Source: an uncultured Verrucomicrobiales bacterium
GTDB lineage: Bacteria; Verrucomicrobiota; Verrucomicrobiia; Verrucomicrobiales; Akkermansiaceae
Direction of reading: 5' to 3'
NCBI GenBank assembly: GCA_937944055.1
Contig: CALDZJ010000045.1
Coordinates: forward strand, 55,659 to 119,658
DNA length: 64,000 nt
Numbering within the stretch: the stretch's first letter is position 1; the number at the start of each line of letters is the position of its first letter. Of this stretch, positions 55,327-64,000 are shown in pieces. A program made the position numbers and the translations under genes. Under the pieces are notes generated by a model that saw nothing but the letters and a program-made list of their open reading frames with translations, had not been told where the DNA came from and made no database searches.

Positions 55327-56229
55327 TTATTCCGCTTTTTCATCAGGCGCGCCAAGCTTGGTCATTCCCATCTCAATCTTCATGTCGCCCTGCATCAACA
55401 TCTTGGCACTTAAGCCCGGCTGGACCTCGGTCTCGCCGGCCATGTTCATCCTCATTTTCCCGGTGAATTGATAATCGGCGAGTCGCTCAAGTGAGCGGAC
55501 GACTCGGCTGCTGCCCTCAATCAAGGTCCCCATGCCCTGCATTCCTTCTTGTCTCATTTCAGCCTTGATCGAGAAGGCCATGTTTAAAACGGCGCATTGT
55601 TCGCCTTGGAATTTTGTAATCTCGGCAAAGGTGATCTTGAGTTTCCCGCCCTTGATATCGAAGAAATTCATTCCGGGCATGAGGGCTGGATCGACTTCCC
55701 AGCTCTCGCCAATCTTGCGCGGTTCGGTGCCGTAAAGCTTCGCTTCGTTCCCGCCATTGAACTCGTCAATCAAGCTGGTGAGCGCCTGATCGAAGGCCTC
55801 TCTCTCAGCTTCTGGAACTTCTCCCTCCGCCAGCTTTCCCGCCCATTTTCCAGCTTTCTGCGTGAGAATCACGAGCTTCCCCTCGGCGGGACTCACCCTC
55901 TCGTTCTTTGACTCCTGCCCTCTCATGACCGACTTCTCGAGGCTGCGGTTTTTTTCAAAATGGACGCGGATTTCGTTCTCTGAAACGAAATCGTAGAGGA
56001 TCTCCTCAATGTTAGAATGCGTTACGAGCCCCTCGATTTGTTGCGAGCCGAGCTCGATCTTTACCTGAGCATCATTCATCGTCATGAGTCTGATAGCCCT
56101 GAACTTCTGCTTGAGCGGAAGCGTGACATCCTTCTTCGCTAGCACATAGGAGTCCTGCGCGAGAGTCTCCTGCGCGAAAAGCGGAGAAGCCGACAATGAA
56201 GCAGCCAAGAGGCCGGTGAGGAATTTCAT
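55327..56229 (-). CDS. hypothetical secreted protein
   Basis: 300 aa with a signal peptide (LLAASLSASPLFAQE). No recognised domain. Confidence 0.5.
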   Translation of the reverse strand: MKFLTGLLAASLSASPLFAQETLAQDSYVLAKKDVTLPLKQKFRAIRLMTMNDAQVKIELGSQQIEGLVTHSNIEEILYDFVSENEIRVHFEKNRSLEKSVMRGQESKNERVSPAEGKLVILTQKAGKWAGKLAEGEVPEAEREAFDQALTSLIDEFNGGNEAKLYGTEPRKIGESWEVDPALMPGMNFFDIKGGKLKITFAEITKFQGEQCAVLNMAFSIKAEMRQEGMQGMGTLIEGSSRVVRSLERLADYQFTGKMRMNMAGETEVQPGLSAKMLMQGDMKIEMGMTKLGAPDEKAE

Positions 56230-56281
56230 GATCCTTCTATCTCAAGAACTGCCGCCGCACTTGTCAAGGCGGCCCGTAAAA

Positions 56282-57136
56282 CTAGCCCACCCACGAGAGT
56301 TCTAACATTTCCTTAAGGCGCGCGGGATCACTTGCGGAGGTCTTAGCGATGAAGCCCTTATTATGAGCGAAGTGGACATCCTCCTCCTCGCTCACTTTGG
56401 TAAACTCCATGCGCTTGTCATCGTTAAATCGCGACATTCCGTATCCCTCGCCACGGCGATCTGGGTAAACCATCGCCACGACCTCATCTTTCAAACCAAG
56501 ATCCTCTACGTAGCGCCCCATCCCCATCGATCCATCCTCATTGAGCGGCTCGGTCCGGGGAAGGAAGATGATTTTTTTTCCAAAGCTCATTTCCCAGATT
56601 TCGGTATTTTCAGCCAAGTAAGTGAGTTGATTTTGCATGCCCCGGACGAAGCTGAGCAAATCTTCACCTAGCATTTTCATGAGCTCATAAATCGGCTCCC
56701 CCGCGTGATGTTCCGTGGCGGCAGCGAACCTTCGCAGCATCGTGATATCGATCGGTGAGTTGAGCTTAGACATCGCCTCGCGCTCCACCCCTAGCCACTT
56801 GGCCGTATCATTGGGGCCCCGTGTATCGATGTACTCAGCCACCTCTAGCCAATCGCAGAACTTCCGCGTCTCGTCATAAATCCCCAAGTGCTTCAGGACT
56901 AAACTGAGCGCGCAGAGTGGCTCCGCATCACGCGGGAATTGGTGGTGATCAAAGTTCATCTTCGCCTCATCCCACTCCAGTCCCACATCCACCACCGCGA
57001 TTTCAGAGTCAGCCAAATCACCCTCGGTGGGCTCTCGACGAAAAATCGAAACCCCATGCTCAGCCACCAAGAGCGCACACGCCAAGAAGTCATCCTTATG
57101 AGCGCCGCCGGGATGAACTACAATTTGTTTAATCAT
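56282..57136 (-). CDS. MYG1/UPF0160-family metal-dependent hydrolase
   Basis: 284 aa. HPGGAHKDDFLACALL and AVVDVGLEWDEAKMNFDHHQ mirror the MYG1 motifs FHCDEALAC and VVDVGGEYD...YDHHQ. Confidence 0.65.
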   Translation of the reverse strand: MIKQIVVHPGGAHKDDFLACALLVAEHGVSIFRREPTEGDLADSEIAVVDVGLEWDEAKMNFDHHQFPRDAEPLCALSLVLKHLGIYDETRKFCDWLEVAEYIDTRGPNDTAKWLGVEREAMSKLNSPIDITMLRRFAAATEHHAGEPIYELMKMLGEDLLSFVRGMQNQLTYLAENTEIWEMSFGKKIIFLPRTEPLNEDGSMGMGRYVEDLGLKDEVVAMVYPDRRGEGYGMSRFNDDKRMEFTKVSEEEDVHFAHNKGFIAKTSASDPARLKEMLELSWVG

Positions 57137-57177
57137 GCTTCAGCCTTAACCTCCCCCAGCACTCGGCTCAACTCTGA

Positions 57178-57885
57178 ATGAAAATCTCCGTCATCATTCC
57201 CGCGCACAATGAACAAGATTACCTCCCAGCGGGGCTATCCGCGGTTGCTGAAGCCGCAAAGCTCACCTCTTGTGAGGTTGAAACCATCGTTGTTCTCAAC
57301 CGCTGCACTGACCGCAGCGAGGAGATCGCGCGCGCCTTCGGTGCCATCATCGCCCGAGAAGACGCGAAAAACCTCGCCCGCATCCGCAATGCAGGCTTCG
57401 CGGCCTCAACAGGCGACATCATTGTCACAGTTGATGCGGATTCCCGCCTGCACCCACACTTTCTGCGACTCGCAGTGGAGAAGCTGGAAGGAGACATCGT
57501 AGGAGGAGGCGCGATGGTTTTCCCAGATCGTTGGTCGCTTGGCATCATCTGTAGCGCCTGCATGGTCATTCCATACCTTGCCAAGTATCGCCTCTCCTTT
57601 GCGGCCTTTTGGACCACCCGTGCTGCTTTTGCGGCGATTGGGGGTTTTAATCCAGATTTTGTAAGCATCGAGGATGTGGATTTTGCTCTGCGCCTGCGCG
57701 AATACGGAAAGACGATCGGCCAAAAATGGTCCACGATCTGGACGGCCCCACTCATCACCTCCTGCCGCAAGTTCGACCAATACGGCGACTGGCACTTAGT
57801 CCGCGATCCCTCATTTCTGAAGCGAGCCTTCACTGGCACTGATGAAGAAATTGCCAACGAGTATTGGTATGATCAACGCAACTGA
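57178..57885 (+). CDS. family 2 glycosyltransferase
   Basis: 235 aa with the MKISVIIPAHNEQDYL N-terminus and the DxD motif VTVDADS. Confidence 0.75.
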   Translation: MKISVIIPAHNEQDYLPAGLSAVAEAAKLTSCEVETIVVLNRCTDRSEEIARAFGAIIAREDAKNLARIRNAGFAASTGDIIVTVDADSRLHPHFLRLAVEKLEGDIVGGGAMVFPDRWSLGIICSACMVIPYLAKYRLSFAAFWTTRAAFAAIGGFNPDFVSIEDVDFALRLREYGKTIGQKWSTIWTAPLITSCRKFDQYGDWHLVRDPSFLKRAFTGTDEEIANEYWYDQRN

Positions 57886-57982
57886 GGGTGGCGCAAAAAG
57901 CGACGAGGACTTAAGAACCCGCGCGCGGAAAAGCCGAGCAGGTTCCCTTGCCAGAGGGAGCTTCTTTGCTCATCATCTCAGC

Positions 57983-58264
57983 ATGAGCAAGCGTAGTAAG
58001 ATGATCCTCAGCGGAGTCGTTCCCATCGTGGGAGTCGCCGCGATCATCATTGGCATTGGCCTTGGTGGACGCCTTCCCGGTCTAGCGGGTGAAATTTTCC
58101 GAAAGATCACCGGCTTCATGTTTACGCCCGTTTTTCTCGAACTGACCTTCGCCCTGCTCGGCCTGATCGCAGTCTTTTGGATCAACTCGATTCGCCTCCA
58201 ACGAGAGGGAGATGATTTTGTTTCACTTGAAATTGAGGACGAGCAAGACGAACCAAGGGCATGA
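57983..58264 (+). CDS. small two-TM membrane protein with acidic tail (hypothetical)
   Basis: Internal Met MSKRSKMILSGVVPIVGVAAIIIGIG is followed by a second TM helix. The ATGA overlap couples it to pdxH. The ORF-track start at 57842 overlaps the GT2 gene. Confidence 0.45.
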   Translation: MSKRSKMILSGVVPIVGVAAIIIGIGLGGRLPGLAGEIFRKITGFMFTPVFLELTFALLGLIAVFWINSIRLQREGDDFVSLEIEDEQDEPRA

Positions 58265-58905
58265 ATCTATCTGATCTCCGCGAAAACTACACCAAGGGCG
58301 GCATCCGGATTGCGGAAATGCACCCCTCACCCTTTGCTCAACTGGAAGAATGGTTTTTGGTGGCCCGGGAGCAAAAGATCCCGGACTCCAACGCCATGAA
58401 TCTGGCCACCTCCAATCAGGAGGGCCTCGTCAGCTCACGGACCGTTTTGCTCAAGGGAATCGTAAATGAGAAATTACAATTCTTCACGAATTACCGTTCT
58501 CAAAAAGCCCGTGATCTGGCTGAAAATCAGCACGCTGCACTGACCTTCCACTGGCGAGAACTAGAGCGTCAAATCAACATCCGCGGCACCGTCGAGAAAA
58601 GCTCCCGTGAGGTCTCTGAAGCCTACTTCAAGTCCCGCCCCTACAGCTCACAAATCGGAGCTTGGGTGTCTGAGCATCAATCCGCACGCGTCGGGGTCCG
58701 CTCGTCCCTAGAGGCTCGTGAAGCGGAGCTGATCACCCGTTTTCCAGAATCTGGAGAAGTCCCCTGCCCTGAATTTTGGGGAGGCTACGAGCTCCGCCCC
58801 AGCTACATCGAATTTTGGCAAGGTCGCCAAGGCCGCCTGCATGACCGCATCTGCTACCTTAAGACCGATCAAGAAGATTGGTCCCTAGAACGGCTTAGCC
58901 CCTGA
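58261..58905 (+). CDS. pdxH: pyridoxamine 5'-phosphate oxidase
   Basis: 214 aa. SSRTVLLKG, FFTNYRSQKARDL, RQINIRG and the terminal EFWQGRQGRLHDRI are PdxH signatures. Confidence 0.9.
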   Translation: MNLSDLRENYTKGGIRIAEMHPSPFAQLEEWFLVAREQKIPDSNAMNLATSNQEGLVSSRTVLLKGIVNEKLQFFTNYRSQKARDLAENQHAALTFHWRELERQINIRGTVEKSSREVSEAYFKSRPYSSQIGAWVSEHQSARVGVRSSLEAREAELITRFPESGEVPCPEFWGGYELRPSYIEFWQGRQGRLHDRICYLKTDQEDWSLERLSP

Positions 58906-58941
58906 TTGCCATCTCGCCCAGCTCCTCAAAAAATCCGGCCC

Positions 58942-58980
58942 AAAAAAAGCCCCGTAATGTTTCCATCACAGGGTTTTCTT
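58942..58980. terminator. bidirectional terminator between pdxH and tRNA-Phe
   Basis: An A7 run, an imperfect 10-bp hairpin (ccccgtaatg / catcacaggg with loop tttc) and TTTTCTT. Confidence 0.45.
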
Positions 58981-58990
58981 AAAAAGGAAG

Positions 58991-59066
58991 TGGTGGCTCA
59001 TCCCGGAATCGAACCAGGGACACAGGGATTTTCAATCCCCTGCTCTACCAACTGAGCTAATGAGCC
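58991..59066 (-). tRNA. tRNA-Phe (anticodon GAA), CCA encoded
   Basis: The reverse complement GGCTCATTAGCTCAGTTGGTAGAGCAGGGGATTGAAAATCCCTGTGTCCCTGGTTCGATTCCGGGATGAGCCACCA folds as a cloverleaf. It has a 7-bp acceptor stem, GCTC/GAGC D stem, anticodon loop TTGAAAA and T loop TTCGATT. Confidence 0.95.
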
Positions 59067-59145
59067 ATACAGTCTTTGCTGCGCGCGGGTGATAAGGTTC
59101 GGAATCGAACTTGGCAATAGAAAACCACTTTCAATTTCCCACTTT

Positions 59146-60219
59146 TTAACCCGCTCCTTCGAGCAGCTTCATAAATTGCGGGAGGATTTCCCGAAAGAGG
59201 GAGTTTTTTCCACCTCGGGCAAGCTGGCTGGCCATCAAGCCCTCCGGCTCATCAGCATCCGCCGGACCGCTAAAATCAAGGCAATGACCCTCAGTGCAGA
59301 TCGCTTGGCTCAAATGAGATTTCCCCTGCTCACGAGAAACCCGCACCGTGCAATCCGGCGCGATGATTTCTAACTCAGCGAGCGGCGCGGCATCCTCAAG
59401 CCAAGTGAACTCTAAGCGAATGGCCGCGGCCCCTGATTCACCTGATTCTAAATTCCAGCCCCTCTCATCAGGAAGCCGGGAAAGCAGCTTCCATCCCGCC
59501 CGAGTAATGACCCACGCTACGAGGAGTAAAGCCGCCATCCGCTGGGCGGGATGAGCCGTCACGCGGAAGGTCTCAATCTTTGAAAAATGACGCTGCGCGA
59601 TGGGATCATCAAAAAGCCGCGCCAAGGAGAGCCGGTAAAAATAGCTCCGTGTCCAAGAAAGATCCTGCGTGACTAAGCGACCCTGCGTATCAGCACGCGC
59701 CTCGGCAAGGCGGCGAAATCCCGCGATGGGATCAGTCCAAGTCGAGCTATCAACAATCAGCCGATCCAAACGCCGATAAAGGCCTTCCTCAAAAAGATCG
59801 CTAAATTCGCCCTGCCACCAAAAGACCAAAGGGAGATCGCTATTCAAATGAGCGAAGACCGTATTGCGCAGCCTGCCGAGGGAATTCCCATGAAGCAGAA
59901 AGGCGATCTGTTCAGAGCAAATCGACTTCTTACCATGGGCCAAATGACAATGAGCCGTGATCCAAGCCTCAATCCCAAGCTCACTCGCCTCACGATCCAT
60001 CGCGATCAAAACGGCACGGCAGGCATGCTCCCGCGTCAGCTCCTGAATCGCCTCCGAGTTCTTCACGAGTTTTTCCGGCTCCTCAGTATAAACGAGAAAA
60101 TTCATCAAGGAGGCATTTGTGCTAGCATCATCCGCTTCCCATAGCTTGCGGAACTCCCGGTCAATCGCCGTCACCTCGACAGGCTTCCCCAGCCCTTGGG
60201 TCGATATTAGTGCACTCAT
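59146..60219 (-). CDS. opcA: glucose-6-phosphate dehydrogenase assembly protein OpcA-like
   Basis: About 357 aa starting at MSALISTQGLGKPV (ATG 60219), 1 nt after the zwf stop. The length, position and LMNFLVYTEEPE-type segment fit OpcA. The ORF-track start at 60405 overlaps zwf. Confidence 0.55.
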   Translation of the reverse strand: MSALISTQGLGKPVEVTAIDREFRKLWEADDASTNASLMNFLVYTEEPEKLVKNSEAIQELTREHACRAVLIAMDREASELGIEAWITAHCHLAHGKKSICSEQIAFLLHGNSLGRLRNTVFAHLNSDLPLVFWWQGEFSDLFEEGLYRRLDRLIVDSSTWTDPIAGFRRLAEARADTQGRLVTQDLSWTRSYFYRLSLARLFDDPIAQRHFSKIETFRVTAHPAQRMAALLLVAWVITRAGWKLLSRLPDERGWNLESGESGAAAIRLEFTWLEDAAPLAELEIIAPDCTVRVSREQGKSHLSQAICTEGHCLDFSGPADADEPEGLMASQLARGGKNSLFREILPQFMKLLEGAG

Positions 60220-60220
60220 T

Positions 60221-61777
60221 TTAAAGTCTCCTCCAGCTACGCCCGTCCTTCGCGAGCAATTCATCCGCCTCCCGTGGCCCCCATGATCCCGCTGGGAATT
60301 CTGCGATGGGGATCCCCTTTCCTTCTCCAGCCCAAGCATGGTGAATTTTATCAATAAAGCGCCACGCCTCCTCCACTTCATCTCGCCGTGCGAACAAGGT
60401 GGCATCTCCCGCCATGGCGTCTAAGAGAAGTCGCTCGTATGCCTCTGGGCTACTTTTCCCAAAGCTACTCGCGTATCGGAAATCCATCTTCACCGGCTCC
60501 ATTCTGAGAGTGGTCCCAGGGAGCTTCGAGTTCATCATTAAGGAAATCCCCTCGTCCGGCTGAATGCGAATCACCAGAACATTCCCAGCGGGAACTCCCC
60601 CCGGAGTGGCATTAAAAAGCACGCTCGGAGTCTCCTTAAAGTGGATTGAAATTTCCGTAGCCTTCTTAGGGAGCCTCTTCCCCATGCGCACATAAAAAGG
60701 GACCCCGCTCCACCGCCACGTGTCCACCATGCAGCGCAGCGCGACGTATGACTCCGTCTCAGATTCCGGATCGACCCGCTCTTCCTCACGGTATCCCGGC
60801 ACCTCGTTTCCATCGACATTTCCGGCGAGGTATTGGCCACGGATCACATTCTCCGCGACGAGTTCAGGGGTATCCCACTGGCGCAACGAGCGGATCACCT
60901 TGACCTTTTCATCCCGCACTCCATCGGCGGTGAGATCCGTCGGTGGCTCCATCGCGACGAGGCTGAGCAGCTGCAAAAGGTGGTTTTGAACCATGTCACG
61001 CAAGGCCCCTGCCTTATCATAATAACCTCCACGCCCCCCTTCCATGCCCAGATGCTCAGCGCAGGTGATTTGCACGTGATCAATGTGCTCCTTATTCCAC
61101 ATCGGCTCGAAGATGGCATTGGCAAAACGAAGGACCATGATGTTCTGCGCCGTTTCTTTTCCGAGATAATGATCGATCCGGTAGGTGTCTTTCTCCTCGA
61201 AGGTGCCATTGACCACCTCATTCAAATGCTGCGCCGTGGCTAAAGTGGTCCCAAATGGCTTCTCAACAATCACACGAGACCAACAGCCTTCACAATCCGG
61301 CCGCTCTTGGCTCAAGCCCGCCTTCTTAAGGTTCAGCAAAATGTCATCGAAATACTCCGGCGCACTCGCGATATAGAAGAGCCGATTTCCCTTCCCCCCG
61401 CGCTCGCGATCAATCGCGTCTAAGCGCTCAGCGAGACGCTGATACCCCTCCTCATCCTGAAACTCGCTCTGGTGGTATTGCACATTCGCAGCAAGGCCTT
61501 CCCAGATTTCATCATCATGGCCGGTGCGGGAAACCTCGCGATTGAGTTTTTCTAAATTCTCTCGGAAAAACTCATCCGACCAATCACGCCGCGCAAAGCC
61601 CAAAATCTTAACTCCAGCAGGCAACTCCCCGTCCACCGCCAAATTATAGAGAGCTGGAATCAGCTTCCGATGGGTCAGGTCACCCGTCGCTCCAAAAATA
61701 ACAACACTGCATGCCTCGGCTAAATTGCGAGACACGAGGTCCTCGCTAAATGGATTACTCACTCCGATTTCTCCCAC
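60221..61777 (-). CDS. zwf: glucose-6-phosphate 1-dehydrogenase
   Basis: 518 aa with a GTG start. It has the NADP site VIFGATGDLTHRKL and the active-site motif RIDHYLGKE. Confidence 0.95.
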   Translation of the reverse strand: MGEIGVSNPFSEDLVSRNLAEACSVVIFGATGDLTHRKLIPALYNLAVDGELPAGVKILGFARRDWSDEFFRENLEKLNREVSRTGHDDEIWEGLAANVQYHQSEFQDEEGYQRLAERLDAIDRERGGKGNRLFYIASAPEYFDDILLNLKKAGLSQERPDCEGCWSRVIVEKPFGTTLATAQHLNEVVNGTFEEKDTYRIDHYLGKETAQNIMVLRFANAIFEPMWNKEHIDHVQITCAEHLGMEGGRGGYYDKAGALRDMVQNHLLQLLSLVAMEPPTDLTADGVRDEKVKVIRSLRQWDTPELVAENVIRGQYLAGNVDGNEVPGYREEERVDPESETESYVALRCMVDTWRWSGVPFYVRMGKRLPKKATEISIHFKETPSVLFNATPGGVPAGNVLVIRIQPDEGISLMMNSKLPGTTLRMEPVKMDFRYASSFGKSSPEAYERLLLDAMAGDATLFARRDEVEEAWRFIDKIHHAWAGEGKGIPIAEFPAGSWGPREADELLAKDGRSWRRL

Positions 61778-61867
61778 ATCAATGATGAGTTTTCAACCCC
61801 CGTCCTGTTCTTTTCATTCATGATGACGCTCAAAAAAAAGAGCCCCCCGCTCTCACCCCCTCAATGA

Positions 61868-61912
61868 AACGCAAATTACTTGCATTTAGATTTAACGCAA
61901 ATAATTTGCATT
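61868..61912. promoter_or_regulatory. two tandem 13-bp palindromic sites GCAAAT-N-ATTTGC (candidate operator pair)
   Basis: aacGCAAATTACTTGCatt (61868-61886, 5 of 6 pairs) and aacGCAAATAATTTGCatt (61894-61912, perfect) have centres 26 bp apart. They lie in the zwf / 61918-ORF divergent intergenic region and end 6 nt before the 61918 ATG. Confidence 0.5.
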
Positions 61913-61917
61913 AACAC

Positions 61918-62508
61918 ATGACTGCCTCAGCCATTTTAGCAATTCCTCCCTGTTTCCAACGAGATCTTGCCGAGGGACTTCAGCAGCAAATGTTTTTCTG
62001 GGGCCAAGACGTGCTCTATCCCAGCGGCAATCTTCTCAAAGAGCAGGGCTTCATAAGGACCCCGTCCAAAGGTCTCAAAGGAACGAGCTGCTACCGCCTC
62101 GCCTGGCAAAATGGCCACATCGAACTCTACGGATCCTGTGCAGGATGGTATGGCCCAGAAGGCGGCTTTACCTTCATCCGTCCCCGTCGCCGCTGCTACC
62201 TTTGGCAATCCGAAGAGCTCACGCCCATTCCCGGTGCCTGGCAAAAAGAATTCCTCAAATCCGGAAGCAAAGGCGAACTCTACCTCGCGGCGCGTCCCTT
62301 TCTCGATTGGCTCATCGCTCATGAAGACGCGGTCCTAGCTCGCTGTGGAGCCTCTTATCGAAGCGAGAATTTTCACAAGTATCGAAAGGTCCCCAAAGCC
62401 AAACAATGGATCGAGCCAGCGGCCGCCCAGAAATGGTTCAAGTGCCTCCGCGACTCCCCTTCCGAGCTACAAAGACCCAAGCACTACTCTGCAAAAACCA
62501 GCGCCTAG
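61918..62508 (+). CDS. hypothetical protein (196 aa)
   Basis: ORF with ATG start and typical codon usage, Trp/Cys-containing. No recognised domain. Confidence 0.5.
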   Translation: MTASAILAIPPCFQRDLAEGLQQQMFFWGQDVLYPSGNLLKEQGFIRTPSKGLKGTSCYRLAWQNGHIELYGSCAGWYGPEGGFTFIRPRRRCYLWQSEELTPIPGAWQKEFLKSGSKGELYLAARPFLDWLIAHEDAVLARCGASYRSENFHKYRKVPKAKQWIEPAAAQKWFKCLRDSPSELQRPKHYSAKTSA

Positions 62509-62521
62509 AATTTTAAATCAT

Positions 62522-63373
62522 TTAGGCAATCTCAGAGAACGCTTTCGGGTTTTGCTCCTTTCGGCTTAACACCCGCTGCATCTTAGCAATCGCGGCATTT
62601 TGCACTTGGCGAATGCGCTCCCGGCTCACGCCAAAATCATGGCTAATTTCCTCCAGAGTCATGACCTTCTTCCCGCTCAAGCCGAAGCGAGAATCAATGA
62701 TGGAGCTCTCCCGTTCGTCTAAGACCTCAAGCATGTGCTCCAGCTCCACGAGGTGATTTTTACTCTCCAATTGATCACTCGGATTGAGAGAAAATTCATC
62801 CTTGATCACTTCAGCATAAGTTACGGTGGCATCCTCGTTGACCGGAGCATCCAGAGAAGTCGGCCGCTGAGAAGCCTGCCTTAGCATGATCAATTTTCGC
62901 TCGGGAATCCCCAGAACCTCTGCCAATACCTCATCGCTCGGTTCCTCTCCCATCTCCTCGGTGAGCATCGCGGTGATCCGGCGCACCCGCGCGATTTTAT
63001 CGACGAGGTGGATCGGCAAGCGGATCGTTTTCCCCTGGTTCGCCAAGGCGCGCTTGATGGCCTGTTTAATCCACCACCCAGCGTAGGTGCTAAGTTTCCC
63101 CCCTTTCTCAGGATCAAATTTCTCCACCGCTTTCATGAGACCAATATTCCCCTCAGAAATAAGATCCACGAGAGGCACACCATAATTCGAGTAGTCTCGG
63201 GCCAGCTTCACGACGAGGCGGAGATTCGCCTTAATCATAAGCTCCCGAGCTTGCTCATCTCCTTTCTGAATACGGGCCGCAAGTTCCACCTCCTGCTCAG
63301 GAGTTAAGAGTTCCGTCTTCATAATCTCCCGCATGTAGAGGCGGACGCTGCTATCTGTATCAATTTTGGACAT
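62522..63373 (-). CDS. rpoD: RNA polymerase sigma-70 family factor, RpoD/SigA-like (short form lacking region 1.1)
   Basis: 283 aa. Region 2 is DLISEGNIGLMKAVEKFDPEKGGKLSTYAGWWIKQAI. Region 3 is present. The region 4.2 HTH is TLEEISHDFGVSRERIRQVQ. Confidence 0.8.
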   Translation of the reverse strand: MSKIDTDSSVRLYMREIMKTELLTPEQEVELAARIQKGDEQARELMIKANLRLVVKLARDYSNYGVPLVDLISEGNIGLMKAVEKFDPEKGGKLSTYAGWWIKQAIKRALANQGKTIRLPIHLVDKIARVRRITAMLTEEMGEEPSDEVLAEVLGIPERKLIMLRQASQRPTSLDAPVNEDATVTYAEVIKDEFSLNPSDQLESKNHLVELEHMLEVLDERESSIIDSRFGLSGKKVMTLEEISHDFGVSRERIRQVQNAAIAKMQRVLSRKEQNPKAFSEIA

Positions 63374-63802
63374 TTTTTGATTTTTTTGGGATTAGGTGTT
63401 TTTACGGATTTCAAATTCTCGTTCTTGCGCTGAGGCGAACTTTTACACGAATTTTATTTCATGAATTTAAAATCTGAATAGAAAGCAGTCAACAAACTTC
63501 ACCTTCGATGCCTGAACTGGCACTGACTTGGTAAAACCGTCTCGCATCTGTGCCTCATAAGAGCGGAAAGCCCCCTGCCTATTCCCACTAAATTCAGAAT
63601 ATCTTGCCCCGCATCTCGAAAAGCCCTGACTCTCCCCGTGTGCCTATTTTTCCATTGCGCGCAGTCTTTTTCGTGTTTTCTTCTTCGCGAAGCGTCCCCT
63701 CCCCTCACTCCTAAAATGGCCCATCCTCTTGAAATTTTAATCGGCTTACTCGGCGAGGATCAAGCGAGCCTACTGCGCTCTCATCTCACCCGATAGAGGA
63801 TC

Positions 63803-64000
63803 ATGGATATTCATTTCCTTCTTTTAGCGCTCCCTTTGCTCACGGCATTGGCGGCGGGGCTCTTTCCGAGAGTCATTCGGCGATTTCCCCATCAGATCGG
63901 CGGAGGGATCGCCCTGCTCTTCACGCTCGCTGCAGTCTCACTTTTTGGGGCGATTCCGATGGAAGGCGAGCTTCTCTGGTCTCAGCAATGGGTGCCGGCC
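63803..64000 (+). CDS. N-terminal fragment of a polytopic membrane protein, MrpA/NuoL-like (runs off window end)
   Basis: ATG 63803 is open to 64000. MDIHFLLLALPLLTALAAGLFPRVIRRFPHQIGGGIALLFTLAAVSLFGAIP resembles N-termini of Mrp antiporter subunit A and NADH dehydrogenase subunit L proteins. The assignment is weak. Confidence 0.3.
   Translation, partial: MDIHFLLLALPLLTALAAGLFPRVIRRFPHQIGGGIALLFTLAAVSLFGAIPMEGELLWSQQWVPA

Noticed and set aside
59080-59150. tRNA-like remnant next to tRNA-Phe. It shares the 11-nt T-arm string cggaatcgaac and ttcaat, and is flanked by gcgggt...acccgc. It could be an integration (att) scar or a pseudo-tRNA.
   Set aside because: It does not fold into a cloverleaf, having no D arm and a 4-nt loop where a T loop should be. 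Identity outside the 11-mer is poor. It is adjacent to the intact tRNA and does not bound any island. It more likely acts as the zwf-opcA 3' hairpin.
63526-63541. Sigma54-like element TGGCAC-tgact-TTGG upstream of the MrpA-like gene, considered as a target of the NtrC-like activator.
   Set aside because: The spacing is one nt short of the GG-N10-GC rule and the -12 element is GG, not GC. It lies about 260 nt from the nearest start codon. Other TGGCAC occurrences (263, 739, 9591, 20417) lack a -12 element or are intragenic.
63499-63708. A 69-aa minus-strand ORF in the rpoD upstream region.
   Set aside because: Its Arg/His/Cys-rich composition is unlike the other proteins of the window. It has no motif, and its codon usage is atypical.
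1-64000. Looked for canonical defence or mobile systems: restriction-modification, CRISPR-Cas, CBASS, retrons, abortive-infection NTPases, and prophage integrase, terminase or capsid genes.
   Set aside because: None was recognised. The only accessory-type genes are the HUH transposase-like gene and the AbrB/PIN pair. The MoxR-VWA genes here have the membrane-anchored Bat architecture, not the cytoplasmic MoxR-vWA conflict-system architecture.

Overview
This 64-kb chromosomal window is gene-dense. I called about 60 protein genes and one tRNA, with no rRNA, no CRISPR and no recognisable prophage. Codons are strongly C/G-ending. The gene content points to the PVC superphylum, most likely a Verrucomicrobiota-like organism. 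This placement is an inference from content: a PEP-CTERM protein, a PSCyt/DUF1553 + DUF1501 pair, a MoxR-DUF58-BatA/B/D operon and an IS200/RayT-like Y1 transposase homologue. Most of the window is housekeeping: sucCD, topB, accD, dapB-folK-panB, ruvB, xseB-dxs, nusA-infB-rbfA, pdxH, zwf-opcA and an rpoD-like sigma factor. Regulators include a Fur-family protein, a sigma54-type NtrB/NtrC pair and an OmpR/PhoR-type pair. The main points of interest are listed below.
1. selD is itself a selenoprotein gene. It has an in-frame UGA at 40219-40221 followed by a SECIS-like hairpin, and the ORF track truncates it.
2. An 8-gene, tightly coupled MoxR/DUF58/DUF4381/BatA/BatB/BatD operon runs without a gap into two large secreted trypsin-fold/PDZ proteins. 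Most of their protease modules have lost the canonical catalytic triad.
3. A small accessory patch at about 10.4-13.9 kb holds the Y1-transposase-like gene, a 57-bp-period tandem repeat, a triple-FKBP gene and an AbrB/PIN toxin-antitoxin pair.
4. Zinc-independent (C-minus) paralogues of ribosomal proteins L31 and L36 lie in the same window as the Fur-family regulator.
5. Several perfect short tandem duplications and candidate operator palindromes are present.
I did not recognise any canonical defence system. All functional calls come from motif and architecture recognition by eye. No similarity search was run.
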